Below, piece by piece: positions 19,117 through 29,411 of a DNA stretch of 64,000 nucleotides. The stretch is from Minisyncoccia bacterium (lineage in GTDB: Bacteria > Campylobacterota > Campylobacteria > Campylobacterales > Arcobacteraceae). The position numbers and the translations under genes are program-made. The notes below the pieces were generated by a model, which ran no database searches, had not been told where the DNA came from, and worked only from the letters and a program-made list of their open reading frames with translations. Position 1 is the first letter of the stretch. The number at the start of each line of letters is the position of its first letter. The stretch is from the NCBI GenBank assembly GCA_041730535.1, contig JBGSBO010000001.1, forward strand, positions 19,843 through 83,842, read 5' to 3'.

Positions 19117-19899
19117 ATGCAAAAAACAACTTTAAAAGCCCCATTTGGATGGGTAGGTGGCAAAACAAAACTAGCCTCAGATATTATAGATCTTATTCCA
19201 CAAGACCATAACATTTATATTGAAGTATTTGGAGGAGCTGGAAGTGTTTTATATCAAAAAGAACCATCAAAATTAGAAGTTTTTAATGATATAAACTCAG
19301 AGCTTATCAATCTTCATAGAGCAATAAGAAATAACCCTCAAAGCTTATCAATGTTTTTAAATGATTTATTTGTCTCAAGAGAGATATTTGATGATATTAA
19401 AAAAAGAAAATTAAAACCAAGAAACAATATAGAAGCAGCTGCTTTTTATTTCTATCAATTAACTCAAAGCTTTGGTTCTAAAGGTGATAACTTTGCCATG
19501 GCTGTAAAATCAGGAAGAAAGCCTAAAAACATATACAGAGACTTCAAAAAAATAAGTGATAGACTTAAAGGTGTAACTATTGAAAATATGTCTTTCTCAA
19601 AACTTATACCTTTATATGATAAAGAAGATGCATTTTTCTATATTGACCCTCCTTATGTAGCAACAGAGAGTTACTATAAAAATACAGGTGGATTCGGATT
19701 AAAAGAGCATGAACAATTAGCAGAACTGTTGTCTAAAATAAAAGGTAGATTTTTACTATCTTATAATGATAGTGTAGTTGTTAGAGAGCTATATAAAGGC
19801 TTTAATATAAGACCAACTAAAGAGATTGAATACACTCTAGGAAAAAATATGCATGGTAAGAATAAAAGTGTTAGGGAGGTATTTATAACTAATTATTAG
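19117..19899 (+). CDS. DNA adenine methyltransferase (Dam/D12 class)
   Basis: FGWVGGK, EVFGGAGS, NDIN and DPPY motifs. Confidence 0.92.
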   Translation: MQKTTLKAPFGWVGGKTKLASDIIDLIPQDHNIYIEVFGGAGSVLYQKEPSKLEVFNDINSELINLHRAIRNNPQSLSMFLNDLFVSREIFDDIKKRKLKPRNNIEAAAFYFYQLTQSFGSKGDNFAMAVKSGRKPKNIYRDFKKISDRLKGVTIENMSFSKLIPLYDKEDAFFYIDPPYVATESYYKNTGGFGLKEHEQLAELLSKIKGRFLLSYNDSVVVRELYKGFNIRPTKEIEYTLGKNMHGKNKSVREVFITNY

Positions 19900-19925
19900 A
19901 TAAGAGTCTTTTCTCTTATCTGTTT
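19898..19925 (+). terminator. Hairpin/terminator after the methylase
   Basis: AGATAAGAG-tctttt-CTCTTATCT stem followed by GTTT. Confidence 0.55.
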
Positions 19926-19929
19926 AAAT

Positions 19930-19954
19930 TTTGCTTTTAAAATGTAGGTATAAT
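19930..19954 (+). promoter_or_regulatory. End-motif copy overlapping a TATAAT -10 five nt upstream of the regulator ATG (probable leaderless promoter)
   Basis: TTTGCTTTTAAAATGTAGGTATAAT-ttttt-ATG; no Shine-Dalgarno. Confidence 0.6.
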
Positions 19955-19959
19955 TTTTT

Positions 19960-20601
19960 ATGCAAAACTATAATGAAATACTAGAAAAGATAAAAGATAT
20001 ACTCTCTCAAGAGTTAGCCGATAAAAAGATATTTGATAAAGATATTGCTCAATCTCTTGATATTAACTACGATAACTTTAGAAAACAAAAGGCTAGAGGC
20101 TCTATTCCATATTATGAGATAATGAGCTTTTTGGCTATTAGAAATATATCAATTAATTGGTTCTTTTTTAACCAACTTCCTGAGAGCTTAATCGAAAATA
20201 CATCCCATTACATTATATTAAAGTATCAAAGAAACATTATTTGCTCAGCTGGAGCTGGAGCAATTAATTATTCAGTAAATACAGAGCCACTTATAATAGA
20301 TAAGCAACTGTTAAACTATATAAATAGCAGCTATAAATATACAGAGATAATCAAAGTATTTGGTGACAGTATGAGCCCAATTATTAAAGATAATAGTTTG
20401 ATATTTATAGATACATCAATCAAAGATATAAAAGATAAACATATATATGTAGTAAATGTAAATGGAGAGATATTTGTCAAACAAATTATAATTAGAAGAG
20501 ATTACTATCATTTAAAGAGTATAAACTTAGATTATGAAGATATAAAAGTAAAAGATTTAGTTGTAATAGGTAAGGTAAATGGAGTATTTAATAAGGTTTA
20601 A
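19960..20601 (+). CDS. CI/LexA-like repressor (HTH + S24 peptidase)
   Basis: CSAGAG cleavage region, VFGDSMSP catalytic Ser, FVKQ catalytic Lys. Confidence 0.88.
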   Translation: MQNYNEILEKIKDILSQELADKKIFDKDIAQSLDINYDNFRKQKARGSIPYYEIMSFLAIRNISINWFFFNQLPESLIENTSHYIILKYQRNIICSAGAGAINYSVNTEPLIIDKQLLNYINSSYKYTEIIKVFGDSMSPIIKDNSLIFIDTSIKDIKDKHIYVVNVNGEIFVKQIIIRRDYYHLKSINLDYEDIKVKDLVVIGKVNGVFNKV

Positions 20602-20702
20602 TTTGCTTTTGAAATGTAGGTAAAATAGTATCAAAACCTATGATTTTTAAGTGTACATACATTTCACTAGCAAATTACATACATTTTAAAAGCGGTTTTA
20701 CA
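20602..20702. repeat. Prophage right end: three 21-bp sites (20602-20622 forward; 20654-20674 and 20676-20696 inverted, 22-bp period) and terminal CA
   Basis: Read inward: TGTAAAACC GCTTTTAAAATGTATGTA ATTT GCTAGTGAAATGTATGTA, then an oppositely oriented third site. Confidence 0.8.
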
Positions 20703-21382
20703 TTATTAGTGCAAAAACAATCGCTTTGGGTGTAAATAAATTTTTATATGCAAAGTTTGATTATTTTGAAAATAGTTTTTTTTCTTATGGGGAAATTATA
20801 TTTTTATACACAATAACACTATTTTTAGTGAGTGATTTTACAAGATATTGGTTACATAGATTTTTGCATACTATTCCATTTTTGTGGGAGTTTCACAAGG
20901 TTCATCATAGTGCAAAGGTTTTAACTCCAATTACATTTTATAGGGTTCATCCAGTTGAAAATTTTCTTTTTGGACTGCGATACTCTTTGAGTATTGGTTT
21001 TGTAACTGGTATTTTTGTATATTTTTTTGGTGCAATGATTGATATTTATGCTGTAGTGGGAGTGAATGTTTTTTTATTTGTATTTTCAGTTTTTGGAGCG
21101 AATTTGCGACACTCTCATGTGCCTTTTTCATATCCTAGAATTTTGGAAAAATGGTTAATGTCTCCAAAACAACATCAAATACATCATAGTCGTAAACACT
21201 TTGATAAAAACTACGGTGGATTTATCTCTATTTGGGACAAAATGTTTGGAACTTTGAAACTCTCAAATGAGGTTTTAGTTATGAAGTTTGGACTTAGAAA
21301 AAATCAAATGAATGATTATAGTTCTTTAAAAAGTCTAATATTTAGACCTTTTATAAATCTTTTAATAAAAAGGAAAAATTAA
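20703..21382 (+). pseudogene. Sterol desaturase/fatty acid hydroxylase family gene, 5' part removed by prophage insertion
   Basis: His boxes HRFLH, HKVHH, LRHSH and HQIHH. The frame is open back to the prophage end (ISAKTIALG...) with no RBS or N-terminal TM region. Confidence 0.8.
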
Positions 21383-21383
21383 A

Positions 21384-22511
21384 ATGAATAAGTTAAAAAT
21401 AGTTTCTTTGGGAATTTTGTGTTTAGGTTTTGTTTGTTTAAATGCAAACGAAATTTCACAAAAAGAGACTTTAGGAAAAGTTCTGTTTATGGATAAAAAT
21501 CTATCAAAAAATAGAACACAATCGTGTGCAACTTGTCACAATCCAGATGTTGGATTTGTTGATGATAGACAAAATGGTATAAAAAAGATGGCATCTTTAG
21601 GGGATGATAATAAATCTTTGGGAGATAGACAAGCCCCAACTGCTTCTTATGCAAAATTTTCTCCGCATTTTTATTTTGATGAGAAAAAACAAAAATATAT
21701 TGGTGGACAGTTTTGGGATGGAAGGGCTAAAACTTTAGAAGAACAAGCAGGAGGACCTCCTTTAAGTCCAATTGAAATGGGAATGAAAGATAAAAAAGAG
21801 GTGCTTGAAAGAATCAAAGAGAACTCTTATTATGTTCAAACATTTAAAGAACTTTTTGGTGAAGATGTTTTTAAAAATGATGAAATTGCTTATGATGCTA
21901 TGACAAATATAATTGCAACTTTTGAAAGAAGTGATGAATTTTCTCCTTTTGATTCAAAATATGATAGATATTTAAAGGGTGAATATGATTTAACACCACT
22001 TGAGGATTTGGGAAAATCTCTGTTTTTTTCAAATAATAATAATTCATGCGCAACTTGCCATGTTTTAAAAGGTGAAGATAAAGTAGGGGAAACTTTTACA
22101 AATTACGAATTTCATAATATTGGAACACCTGCTAATAAAGAATTACGAGCTAAAAATGGTGTAAAAGATATAGATAAAGGGCTTTTAAATAATCCAGCCG
22201 TTACAGATGAAAAACAACTGGGAAAATATAAAGTTCCAACTTTAAGAAATGTGGCAGTTACGGCTCCATATATGCATAATGGTGTATTTTTAGATTTAAA
22301 AACAGTAGTTGAGTTTTATGATAAATATAATAATAAAGATAGAACTATAAACCCTGAAACCAAAAAAGAGTGGGATGAACCTGAAGTAAAAGAGACGATA
22401 GCTTTAAAAGAGCTAAAAGCAAAAGAGTTAAATGATAGAAAAGTTGAATCATTAGTTGCATTTATGAAACTTTTAACTGATAAAAAATATGAGCATTTAT
22501 TGGAAAGATAG
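21384..22511 (+). CDS. Di-heme cytochrome c peroxidase (CCP/MauG family)
   Basis: Signal peptide, two CATCH heme motifs, QFWDGRA, KVPTLRNV, PYMHNG. Confidence 0.92.
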   Translation: MNKLKIVSLGILCLGFVCLNANEISQKETLGKVLFMDKNLSKNRTQSCATCHNPDVGFVDDRQNGIKKMASLGDDNKSLGDRQAPTASYAKFSPHFYFDEKKQKYIGGQFWDGRAKTLEEQAGGPPLSPIEMGMKDKKEVLERIKENSYYVQTFKELFGEDVFKNDEIAYDAMTNIIATFERSDEFSPFDSKYDRYLKGEYDLTPLEDLGKSLFFSNNNNSCATCHVLKGEDKVGETFTNYEFHNIGTPANKELRAKNGVKDIDKGLLNNPAVTDEKQLGKYKVPTLRNVAVTAPYMHNGVFLDLKTVVEFYDKYNNKDRTINPETKKEWDEPEVKETIALKELKAKELNDRKVESLVAFMKLLTDKKYEHLLER

Positions 22512-22532
22512 GATAAAACCTTCTTTCTTTTT

Positions 22533-24178
22533 TTAAATGCAATTATCTCTTTTGATTTGTTGAATCATTCCAAATACATTTGAAATTGCTTCATCAAGTT
22601 CGTGGGCTTGTTTCCCTAAAATTTTATTATTAGAATGATTTGCGTTTTCTAAAATAATATCTTGCATACCTTTGTGTACTTGTAAGTGAACTTTTTTTAA
22701 TTGATCCCAATTTTGTGTTTTTGTAAAGATTTCTTGTTTTTGTTCTGACTCTAAAATCCATTTTCCTAAGTTACACTCAGTTTCTTTTACTACCGTCCAT
22801 TCAGTTTTTGTTCCTAATTTAACGCAATTTCTATTTTTGAAATTAACATGGTCTAATTTTAATCTATTTAGAAACATAGTCAAATTCATATCGCAAACTT
22901 GTTCTAATGCTTTTTTATCAAATTTTGCATGATTTGCTGTTTCTAATAGTTTAGAAGATAATGATTGTATCTCTTTTGCCATAGTATTAATATTTGAAGC
23001 AGCTAAAGCATTTTGTTGTGTTGCTTGATCAAGTTGAGTTACCGCATCATTGATTTGTTCTATTCCTGATTGTTGTTCTTTACTTGCATCAGTAATATTA
23101 TTTATTAAATCAATAGTACTATTTATATTATTATTTAATTTTGTATAACCATCAATCATTTGAGAGGCAATTTGTTTTCCATGATTTGCTTTTGAAGTTG
23201 CATTTATAACTAGATTTTTAATCTCTTTTGCAACATCTGCGCTTCTTGCTGCTAGATTTCTAACTTCTCCTGCAACAACAGCAAATCCACGACCAGCTTC
23301 TCCTGCCGTTGCTGCTTCAACTGCTGCATTAAGTGATAGAATATTTGTTTGAAATGCAATTTGATCAATTAACCCTATGGCATTATTTATTTCATTTACT
23401 TGAGTATTAATCTCTTCCATTGATTTAGCTGTTTCATCAGCTAATTTTCTACCTTCATCTGATGCGCTATTTACTTCTTTTGCAAATATAGCCATTTTAT
23501 TAGTATTTTCTGTATTGTTTACGATAGTACTAGTAATTTCTTCTAAAGCAGCAGCTGTTTCTTCAAGTGAAGCCGCTTGCTGGTTTGATGAAACTGATAA
23601 GTTATTTGAAGCAATTGTCAATGTCTCAACATTATCATTCAAAGAGTTAGCTGTTAAACTAATAAGTGCAATAAATTCAGAAATAGAACTTCCTAAAGCT
23701 CTAATAGCTAGTAGTAATGAACCTGTTTTTCCACTTAGCTTAGAAGTTTTTACTTCATACTCAAAATTTGCATTTCCATATTCTGTTAAAATCTCTAATG
23801 AATAATCAATATCTTGATTAAATTTATCCATACTTTCATTAATGAGTTTTGCAACTTCTGCAACTTTTGGATCATTAGGAGTCTTTTGTATTTTGTAACC
23901 TAAAAAACCTATTTTTAACTTTTCTAATACATCTATGATCTCTTCTCTTATTTCATTGTCTTGATTAGAACTATTTAATTTTATTTCGCAATTATTTTTA
24001 AGTTCTTCTAATTCACTACTTATCTTGAAAAACTTTTATTTAATTCAAATAATAATAAAATAGATATTCCTATAACTATAATTGAAAAAATCCATAATGC
24101 AATATTCTTTGCTATAAAACATGAAACTAAAACCAAAATCGACAAGATTAAAAATAAATATATAGATTTATTTTTCAA
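22533..24178 (-). CDS. Methyl-accepting chemotaxis protein with C-terminal CZB domain; apparent single-base frameshift near 24030
   Basis: IAFQTNILSLNAAVEAA...GRGFAVVA and CZB-like HVNFK/CNLGKW/HLQVH. The two-TM N-terminus (TTG at 24178, AGGAG RBS) is in another frame and rejoins by adding one base in the A5 run at 24028-24032. Confidence 0.85.
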
Positions 24179-24339
24179 AAAAACTCCTAGCTTAAAATTA
24201 GAATATGTATTATACACAAAACAATATAGGTTAATACAATAAGTTATTATAATTTTTATTTATAATTATTAATATTATTTTTAAGAATAAAAATATTATG
24301 CTATGACTTGAATAAATAGAAACACTTAATATAAAAAGT

Positions 24340-24900
24340 TAATTTTTATCTAAGGGAGTCTTTTTAGGTGCAAGGATTAATTGATTGTCTTTACATAAAG
24401 TCAAAAGATTTGTAAACGCTAGTGCAATAATTGCAGGTTCTAAGAAAAATCCACAGAATCCAAAAGTTGCTAATTCTCCCATAATGGCAAAAAATATAAT
24501 AAACTAATTGAAACGATGTTTGTTTTTACTTACTTTTTTATTTACAAAATTTAAAAGAACAAGCTTTATAATATTATCAATATATAAAAAACAACAGATA
24601 TTCTCGCCATACTATCAAATAGGATGAGCAAAAAATTAAATAAAAATAAGGTAATTGGCATAAATACAATTAATGAAAATGCCAAAGTAATAATAGTAGC
24701 AGAGAAGTATAGGGGCAAGAGTTTTAATCTTTTGACATTGTTTTATTTTTACTTCTATACGATAGTATAGGAAAAATAGCTACCACCATTAATAGTCCTA
24801 TAAAAAAACTTTTTAAAAATGGGAAAAACAACGAAACTATATAATCTAAAACTCCAACCCCAATTCAGCGTAAAAAATAGTTTTCTTTTATAGTATTTGC
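24340..24900 (-). pseudogene. Decayed AI-2E family permease remnant (boundaries approximate)
   Basis: Minus strand reads FIIFFAIMGELATFGFCGFFLEPAIIALA, a degenerate GG..FGF.G...GP motif, among stops and frameshifts. Confidence 0.6.
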
Positions 24901-24986
24901 TTTTTAGATATCGAATTAAAAAGAATGTTATTTCTGCATAAAATTAACTATATCACACCTATATCTAAACAAGGATTGACCTAAAA

Positions 24987-25295
24987 TTAGATGTTTAAAT
25001 ACACAATTCCATCTTCAATTTTAGTTTCATAAACACCTGTACAGCCAGAGTCATTTCCTAAAGCTTCTCCTGTTGTCAAATCAATTTCCCAGTTATGTAA
25101 AGGACAAGTTACTTGTTTGTCATGAACTAATCCTTCACTTAACTTTCCTTTTTTATGAGGACAAACATTATTAATAGCGAAAATTGAACCATCTCTTGTT
25201 TTAAAAATTGCAATTTCAACTTCACCAATTTCTACTTTTCTTGAACCCATTTCTGGGATGTTTTTTATTTCTGTGATTTTATACCATTTTGACAT
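24987..25295 (-). CDS. nirD: Nitrite reductase small subunit (Rieske-type)
   Basis: CPHKKG and CPLHNW motifs; downstream of nirB; AAGGAG RBS before MSKWYK. Confidence 0.92.
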   Translation of the reverse strand: MSKWYKITEIKNIPEMGSRKVEIGEVEIAIFKTRDGSIFAINNVCPHKKGKLSEGLVHDKQVTCPLHNWEIDLTTGEALGNDSGCTGVYETKIEDGIVYLNI

Positions 25296-25332
25296 TTTAA
25301 ATTTGCTCCTTTGCTTCAAAACTATGAGAATC

Positions 25333-27762
25333 TTATGGATTAATTACAATTGAATCAAACTCTTTCGTAAATCCATCTTTTATTGCTTTTGCCCAAGGAT
25401 CAACTTGTGCTGATTCTTGTGATATTTCAAATCTTTTTGCATAAGATTTAACTTGGCTTTTATCCAACATTACATCTTTTATATATTGTAAACCAGTTCG
25501 CTCAACCCAATGAGCAGTTCTTTCTAAATAATATGAGTCTTCTCTATGAAATTGCATAAAAGCTTTTACATATTCTAATAACTCTTCATCAGTTTCAACT
25601 TTACAAAGTAAATCTGTAACCCGTACTTTTATACCACCATTTCCAGCAATATGAATTTCCCAACCTGAATCAACTCCAATAATTCCTAAATCTTTGATAG
25701 TTGCTTCCGCACAATTTCGTGGACATCCTGAAACTGCAATTTTAAATTTATGTGGAGTCCAAGAACCCCAAGTTAATTTTTCAATAATTACACCCATATT
25801 CATAGCATCTTGTGTTCCAAATCTACACCAAACATTTCCAACACAAGTTTTTACAGTTCGCAGACCCTTTGCATAAGCTTGTCCTGATACAAAACCACAA
25901 TCATTTAAATCTTGCCACATAGGTGCTAATTGCTCTTTTTTAACTCCCAACATATCAAGTCTTTGACCGCCTGTAAATTTTACAGTTGGAACATTATATT
26001 TAACAGCAATTTCAGCAATATCTTTTAGTTCTTGTGGACTTGTAACTCCTCCCCAAATTCTAGGAACCACTGAATATGTTCCATCTTTTTGGATATTTGC
26101 ATACATTCTATCATTTACTAAAGAAGACCTTTTATCATTTTTATATTTATCATCATTGTATTTTACAAGTAAATAATAGTTTATTGCAGGTCGACATTTT
26201 GAACAACCATCTTTCGTTTTCCACTCTAATTTTGAGAAAACATCATAAACAGTTTCAAACTCGCCCTCATCAACAGCTTTTTTAATTTCTTTGTGTCCAA
26301 GAGTTGTACAAGAACAGATTCCTTCTTCGCTTTGTTTATATTCATCTCCCAAAGTATTTATTAAAATTTGCTCAACTAAACCTAAACATGAACCACATGA
26401 AGCTCCAGCTTTTGTACATGATTTTACATCACTTAGTGATTTTAAATCTTTTTCTTTTATTGCTTTTACAATATCGCCTTTACAAACTCCATTACATCCA
26501 CAAACTTCTTCGTCATCACTCATAGCGTTTATGTCGTTTCCACCATGTCCTGAATCTCCTGATAAAGCTGATTTCCCAAATAAGATTTTTGTTCTTAAAT
26601 CTGAAATATCAGTATTTTCTTTTAGAAGTTTTAAATACCAAGAAGCATCATTTGTATCGCCATAAAGAACAATTCCAATGATTTTATCTTTGTAAATTAC
26701 AAGTTTTTTATAGATTCCTACTTTTTCATCAAGTAAAATCAAATTTTCAGTTGTAACATCACCTAAATAATCACCCGCCGAAAACAAATCAACGCCTGAA
26801 ATTTTTAGTCTAGTTGATAAAGTAGAACCTTCATAACCAGTAGTTTTTTTATCTGCTAAAACTTTTGCTAAAACTTTTGCTTGTTCATAAAGTGGAGCAA
26901 CTAATCCATAAGTGTTTCCATCGTGTTCAACACACTCTCCAATGGCAAAAATAGAATCATCCGAAGTTTTAAGGAAATCATCTACGATAATTCCTTTTTT
27001 TGTTTCAAGGTTTGCATCATTTGCCAAAGCTGTATTTGGAACAATTCCCGTTGCAAAAACAACCAAGTTTGAATCAACACAAACTCCATCTGTGAAGCTA
27101 ACTTTTTCAACAATACCATCTCCACTTATTTCTTCAATAGTTGTATTTAGTTTAAATTCAATTCCATAAGATTCAAGATTTTTTTGAAGTAATCTTCCTC
27201 CTGTTGAATCTAATTGTTGAGAAAGTATGCTTCCACTTCTATGAACCAAAATAGTTTTAATTCCATGTTTAGCAATTCCATAAGCAGCTTCAAGTCCTAA
27301 AAGTCCACCACCCACAACAACGGCAGTTTTATCTTTTCTAATAGTGCTAATAATCGCATCAACATCGGCTTTTGTTCTAAAGGCAATTACATTTTCTAAG
27401 TCACTTCCTTTTGTTTTTGGAATAAAGGCTGTTGAACCTGTTGCTATTAGAAGTTTGTCATAAGATTCAGTTTTTCCACTTTCACTTTTGATAGTTTTAT
27501 CTTTTTTGTTTATTGATACAATTTTATCGCCTTTGTGTAAAGTGATATTGTTTTGTTCATACCAAGATAAATGATTGATAATTGTATCTTCAAAAGTTTT
27601 TTCTTGAGAAAGGATGTAAGATAACATGATTCTATTATAGTTTACATGAGGTTCTTCACCATAAATTGTGATGTCATATTTATCTTTATTTATTTCTAAA
27701 AGGTCTTCGATGGTTCGAAGTCCACTCATTCCATTTCCGATTACTACTAGTTTTTCTTTCAC
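25333..27762 (-). CDS. nirB: NAD(P)H nitrite reductase large subunit
   Basis: FAD motif VIGNGMSG, GGGLLGLE, BFD-like CGCNGV and CGSC, siroheme motifs KTCVG...CRFG and SGCPRNC. Confidence 0.96.
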   Translation of the reverse strand: MKEKLVVIGNGMSGLRTIEDLLEINKDKYDITIYGEEPHVNYNRIMLSYILSQEKTFEDTIINHLSWYEQNNITLHKGDKIVSINKKDKTIKSESGKTESYDKLLIATGSTAFIPKTKGSDLENVIAFRTKADVDAIISTIRKDKTAVVVGGGLLGLEAAYGIAKHGIKTILVHRSGSILSQQLDSTGGRLLQKNLESYGIEFKLNTTIEEISGDGIVEKVSFTDGVCVDSNLVVFATGIVPNTALANDANLETKKGIIVDDFLKTSDDSIFAIGECVEHDGNTYGLVAPLYEQAKVLAKVLADKKTTGYEGSTLSTRLKISGVDLFSAGDYLGDVTTENLILLDEKVGIYKKLVIYKDKIIGIVLYGDTNDASWYLKLLKENTDISDLRTKILFGKSALSGDSGHGGNDINAMSDDEEVCGCNGVCKGDIVKAIKEKDLKSLSDVKSCTKAGASCGSCLGLVEQILINTLGDEYKQSEEGICSCTTLGHKEIKKAVDEGEFETVYDVFSKLEWKTKDGCSKCRPAINYYLLVKYNDDKYKNDKRSSLVNDRMYANIQKDGTYSVVPRIWGGVTSPQELKDIAEIAVKYNVPTVKFTGGQRLDMLGVKKEQLAPMWQDLNDCGFVSGQAYAKGLRTVKTCVGNVWCRFGTQDAMNMGVIIEKLTWGSWTPHKFKIAVSGCPRNCAEATIKDLGIIGVDSGWEIHIAGNGGIKVRVTDLLCKVETDEELLEYVKAFMQFHREDSYYLERTAHWVERTGLQYIKDVMLDKSQVKSYAKRFEISQESAQVDPWAKAIKDGFTKEFDSIVINP

Positions 27763-28066
27763 TTTAAATCCTTTTTTCTGCGTTAATTAATTATTCCATA
27801 AAGTTAAATATTTTTGTTTTATTATTTGTATAATAAATAATCAATTAATCTTAAAAGTTAATTAATTTAATGATATTAAATTTTTTATATATCTTAAAAA
27901 TCAATTTGAGACTTAAATTTACATTAAAATATATATTATTTAGTCAATAGTTAAAGCCAAAAAAAATAACTAGATTCCTCTAAAAAATCCATTTTTACTT
28001 AAAAAAGAGTTATTTAGCTTATTGTCGATACTATTCCAATAAAATTAATAAAGTTAGGATTAAATA

Positions 28067-29188
28067 ATGGAAGAACAAAAACAGAAATCAACATTAAGTT
28101 ATTTCAATACATTTTTTGTATTTTTTGGTATATCAGTAATTATCGAATTCTTTTATATGGGCGTTTTAGGTATTGTTCAAGGAACAACACTTACTATTTT
28201 AGAACTAAGTTTATCATTTGATAATGCTGTTGTAAATGCTCTTATATTAGTAAATATGCCTCCTGTTTGGAGAAGAAGATTCCTTACATGGGGTATGTTA
28301 ATCGCTGTATTTGGGGTGAGATTAGTTTTCCCTATTTTGATTGTTTTTGCTACAACTGATTTAAGTTTAGTAGAATCATTTAGTTTAGCAGTAAATAATC
28401 CAGCTGAATATGAAAAAGTTATCATGGCATCACATCATATAGTAATGGCATTTGGTGGAATATTTTTATTAATGATATTTTTATCATTTTTGTTTAATGA
28501 AAATAAAGATGTACATTGGATTGCATCTATTGAAAAATATGCTTCAAGATGGGCAAGTGTTGGTGATTTAAAAATATTAATTGCTATTTTAACAATTGCT
28601 CTTATTGGATTATATGCACCAACACAAATATTAATTGGTGATGTTGTAACAAATATTAACAAAAGTGATATTGTACTTCCTATGATTTATGGTATTTTAT
28701 TATATCTTTGTATAGAGTTTTTAAGAGGTATTCTTGAAGATGATGGACAAAAACATGATACAAAAAATATGGAAAGTGAAAGAGAAAAAATCGAACATGT
28801 TGCGAGCTCTAAACTTGCAAAAGGTGGATTAGCGTCATTTATTTATTTAGAACTTATTGATATGTCTTTCTCATTTGATGGAGTTTTAGGAGCTTTTGCA
28901 GTTAGTCAAAATATTGTTATTATAATGTTAGGTCTTGGTGCTGGTGCTTTTGCTGTTAGAAATCTTACAATATTAATGGTAGATAGAGGAACTGTTTCTG
29001 AATATAGATATTTAGAACATGGTGCAATGTGGTCAATTGGTTTATTGGCTATAAGTATGATAGTTCAAATTTTTATTCATTTACCACATGGTTTAATTAT
29101 TGCTTTTGCAATTATTCCAATAGCAATTGCTTTTATCCAGTCTGTTAAAGAAAATAAATTAGATGGTGAAAATAAAATAGATATATAA
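28067..29188 (+). CDS. DUF475 (TerC-related) membrane protein
   Basis: LELSLSFDNAVVNA and YLELIDMSFSFDGVLGAFA motifs. Confidence 0.88.
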   Translation: MEEQKQKSTLSYFNTFFVFFGISVIIEFFYMGVLGIVQGTTLTILELSLSFDNAVVNALILVNMPPVWRRRFLTWGMLIAVFGVRLVFPILIVFATTDLSLVESFSLAVNNPAEYEKVIMASHHIVMAFGGIFLLMIFLSFLFNENKDVHWIASIEKYASRWASVGDLKILIAILTIALIGLYAPTQILIGDVVTNINKSDIVLPMIYGILLYLCIEFLRGILEDDGQKHDTKNMESEREKIEHVASSKLAKGGLASFIYLELIDMSFSFDGVLGAFAVSQNIVIIMLGLGAGAFAVRNLTILMVDRGTVSEYRYLEHGAMWSIGLLAISMIVQIFIHLPHGLIIAFAIIPIAIAFIQSVKENKLDGENKIDI

Positions 29189-29205
29189 GAATTTATATTT
29201 TAGAA

Positions 29206-29240
29206 TAAAAAAGGGAAAGAAAAACTTCTTTCCCTTTTTA
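29206..29240. terminator. Bidirectional intrinsic terminator
   Basis: AAAAAGGGAAAGAA...TTCTTTCCCTTTTT inverted repeat. Confidence 0.8.
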
Positions 29241-29243
29241 AGA

Positions 29244-29335
29244 TTAAACAGCTTCTCTTCCTCTTTCTTCAGTTCTGATTCTAACAACTTCATCTAAAGA
29301 TGATACGAATATTTTATACCTGTTTTTGCTGAACC
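29244..29335 (-). pseudogene. 3' relic of a P-II nitrogen regulator gene (glnK/glnB family)
   Basis: Minus strand reads GSAKTG / KIFVSSLDEVVRIRTEERGREAV*, a P-II C-terminus with the KIGDG segment missing. Confidence 0.8.
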
Positions 29336-29339
29336 TAAG

Positions 29340-29411
29340 TAACAGTTGTTATAAGAAAACACCTGCAATAGCGTTCGCACCAAATGCAGAATCAGCATTA
29401 AAACCATACCA
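29340..29411 (-). pseudogene. Internal relic of an ammonium transporter (amtB)
   Basis: Minus strand reads WYGFNADSAFGANAIAGV, matching the Amt WFGFNxGS motif. Confidence 0.7.

Larger units (their letters stand above)
1..20702. mobile_element. Prophage, right-hand part (left end outside window); probably a transposable phage with a siphovirus-type tail
   Basis: Contiguous head, tail, lysis, methylase and repressor genes. Ends in ...TTTTACA with three ~21-bp repeats, directly followed by a 5'-truncated host gene. Confidence 0.9.

Noticed and set aside
20654-20696. 22-bp-period repeats as a mini-CRISPR or plasmid iterons
   Set aside because: Only two tandem copies with no spacers and no rep gene; the position at a CA terminus fits transposase sites better.
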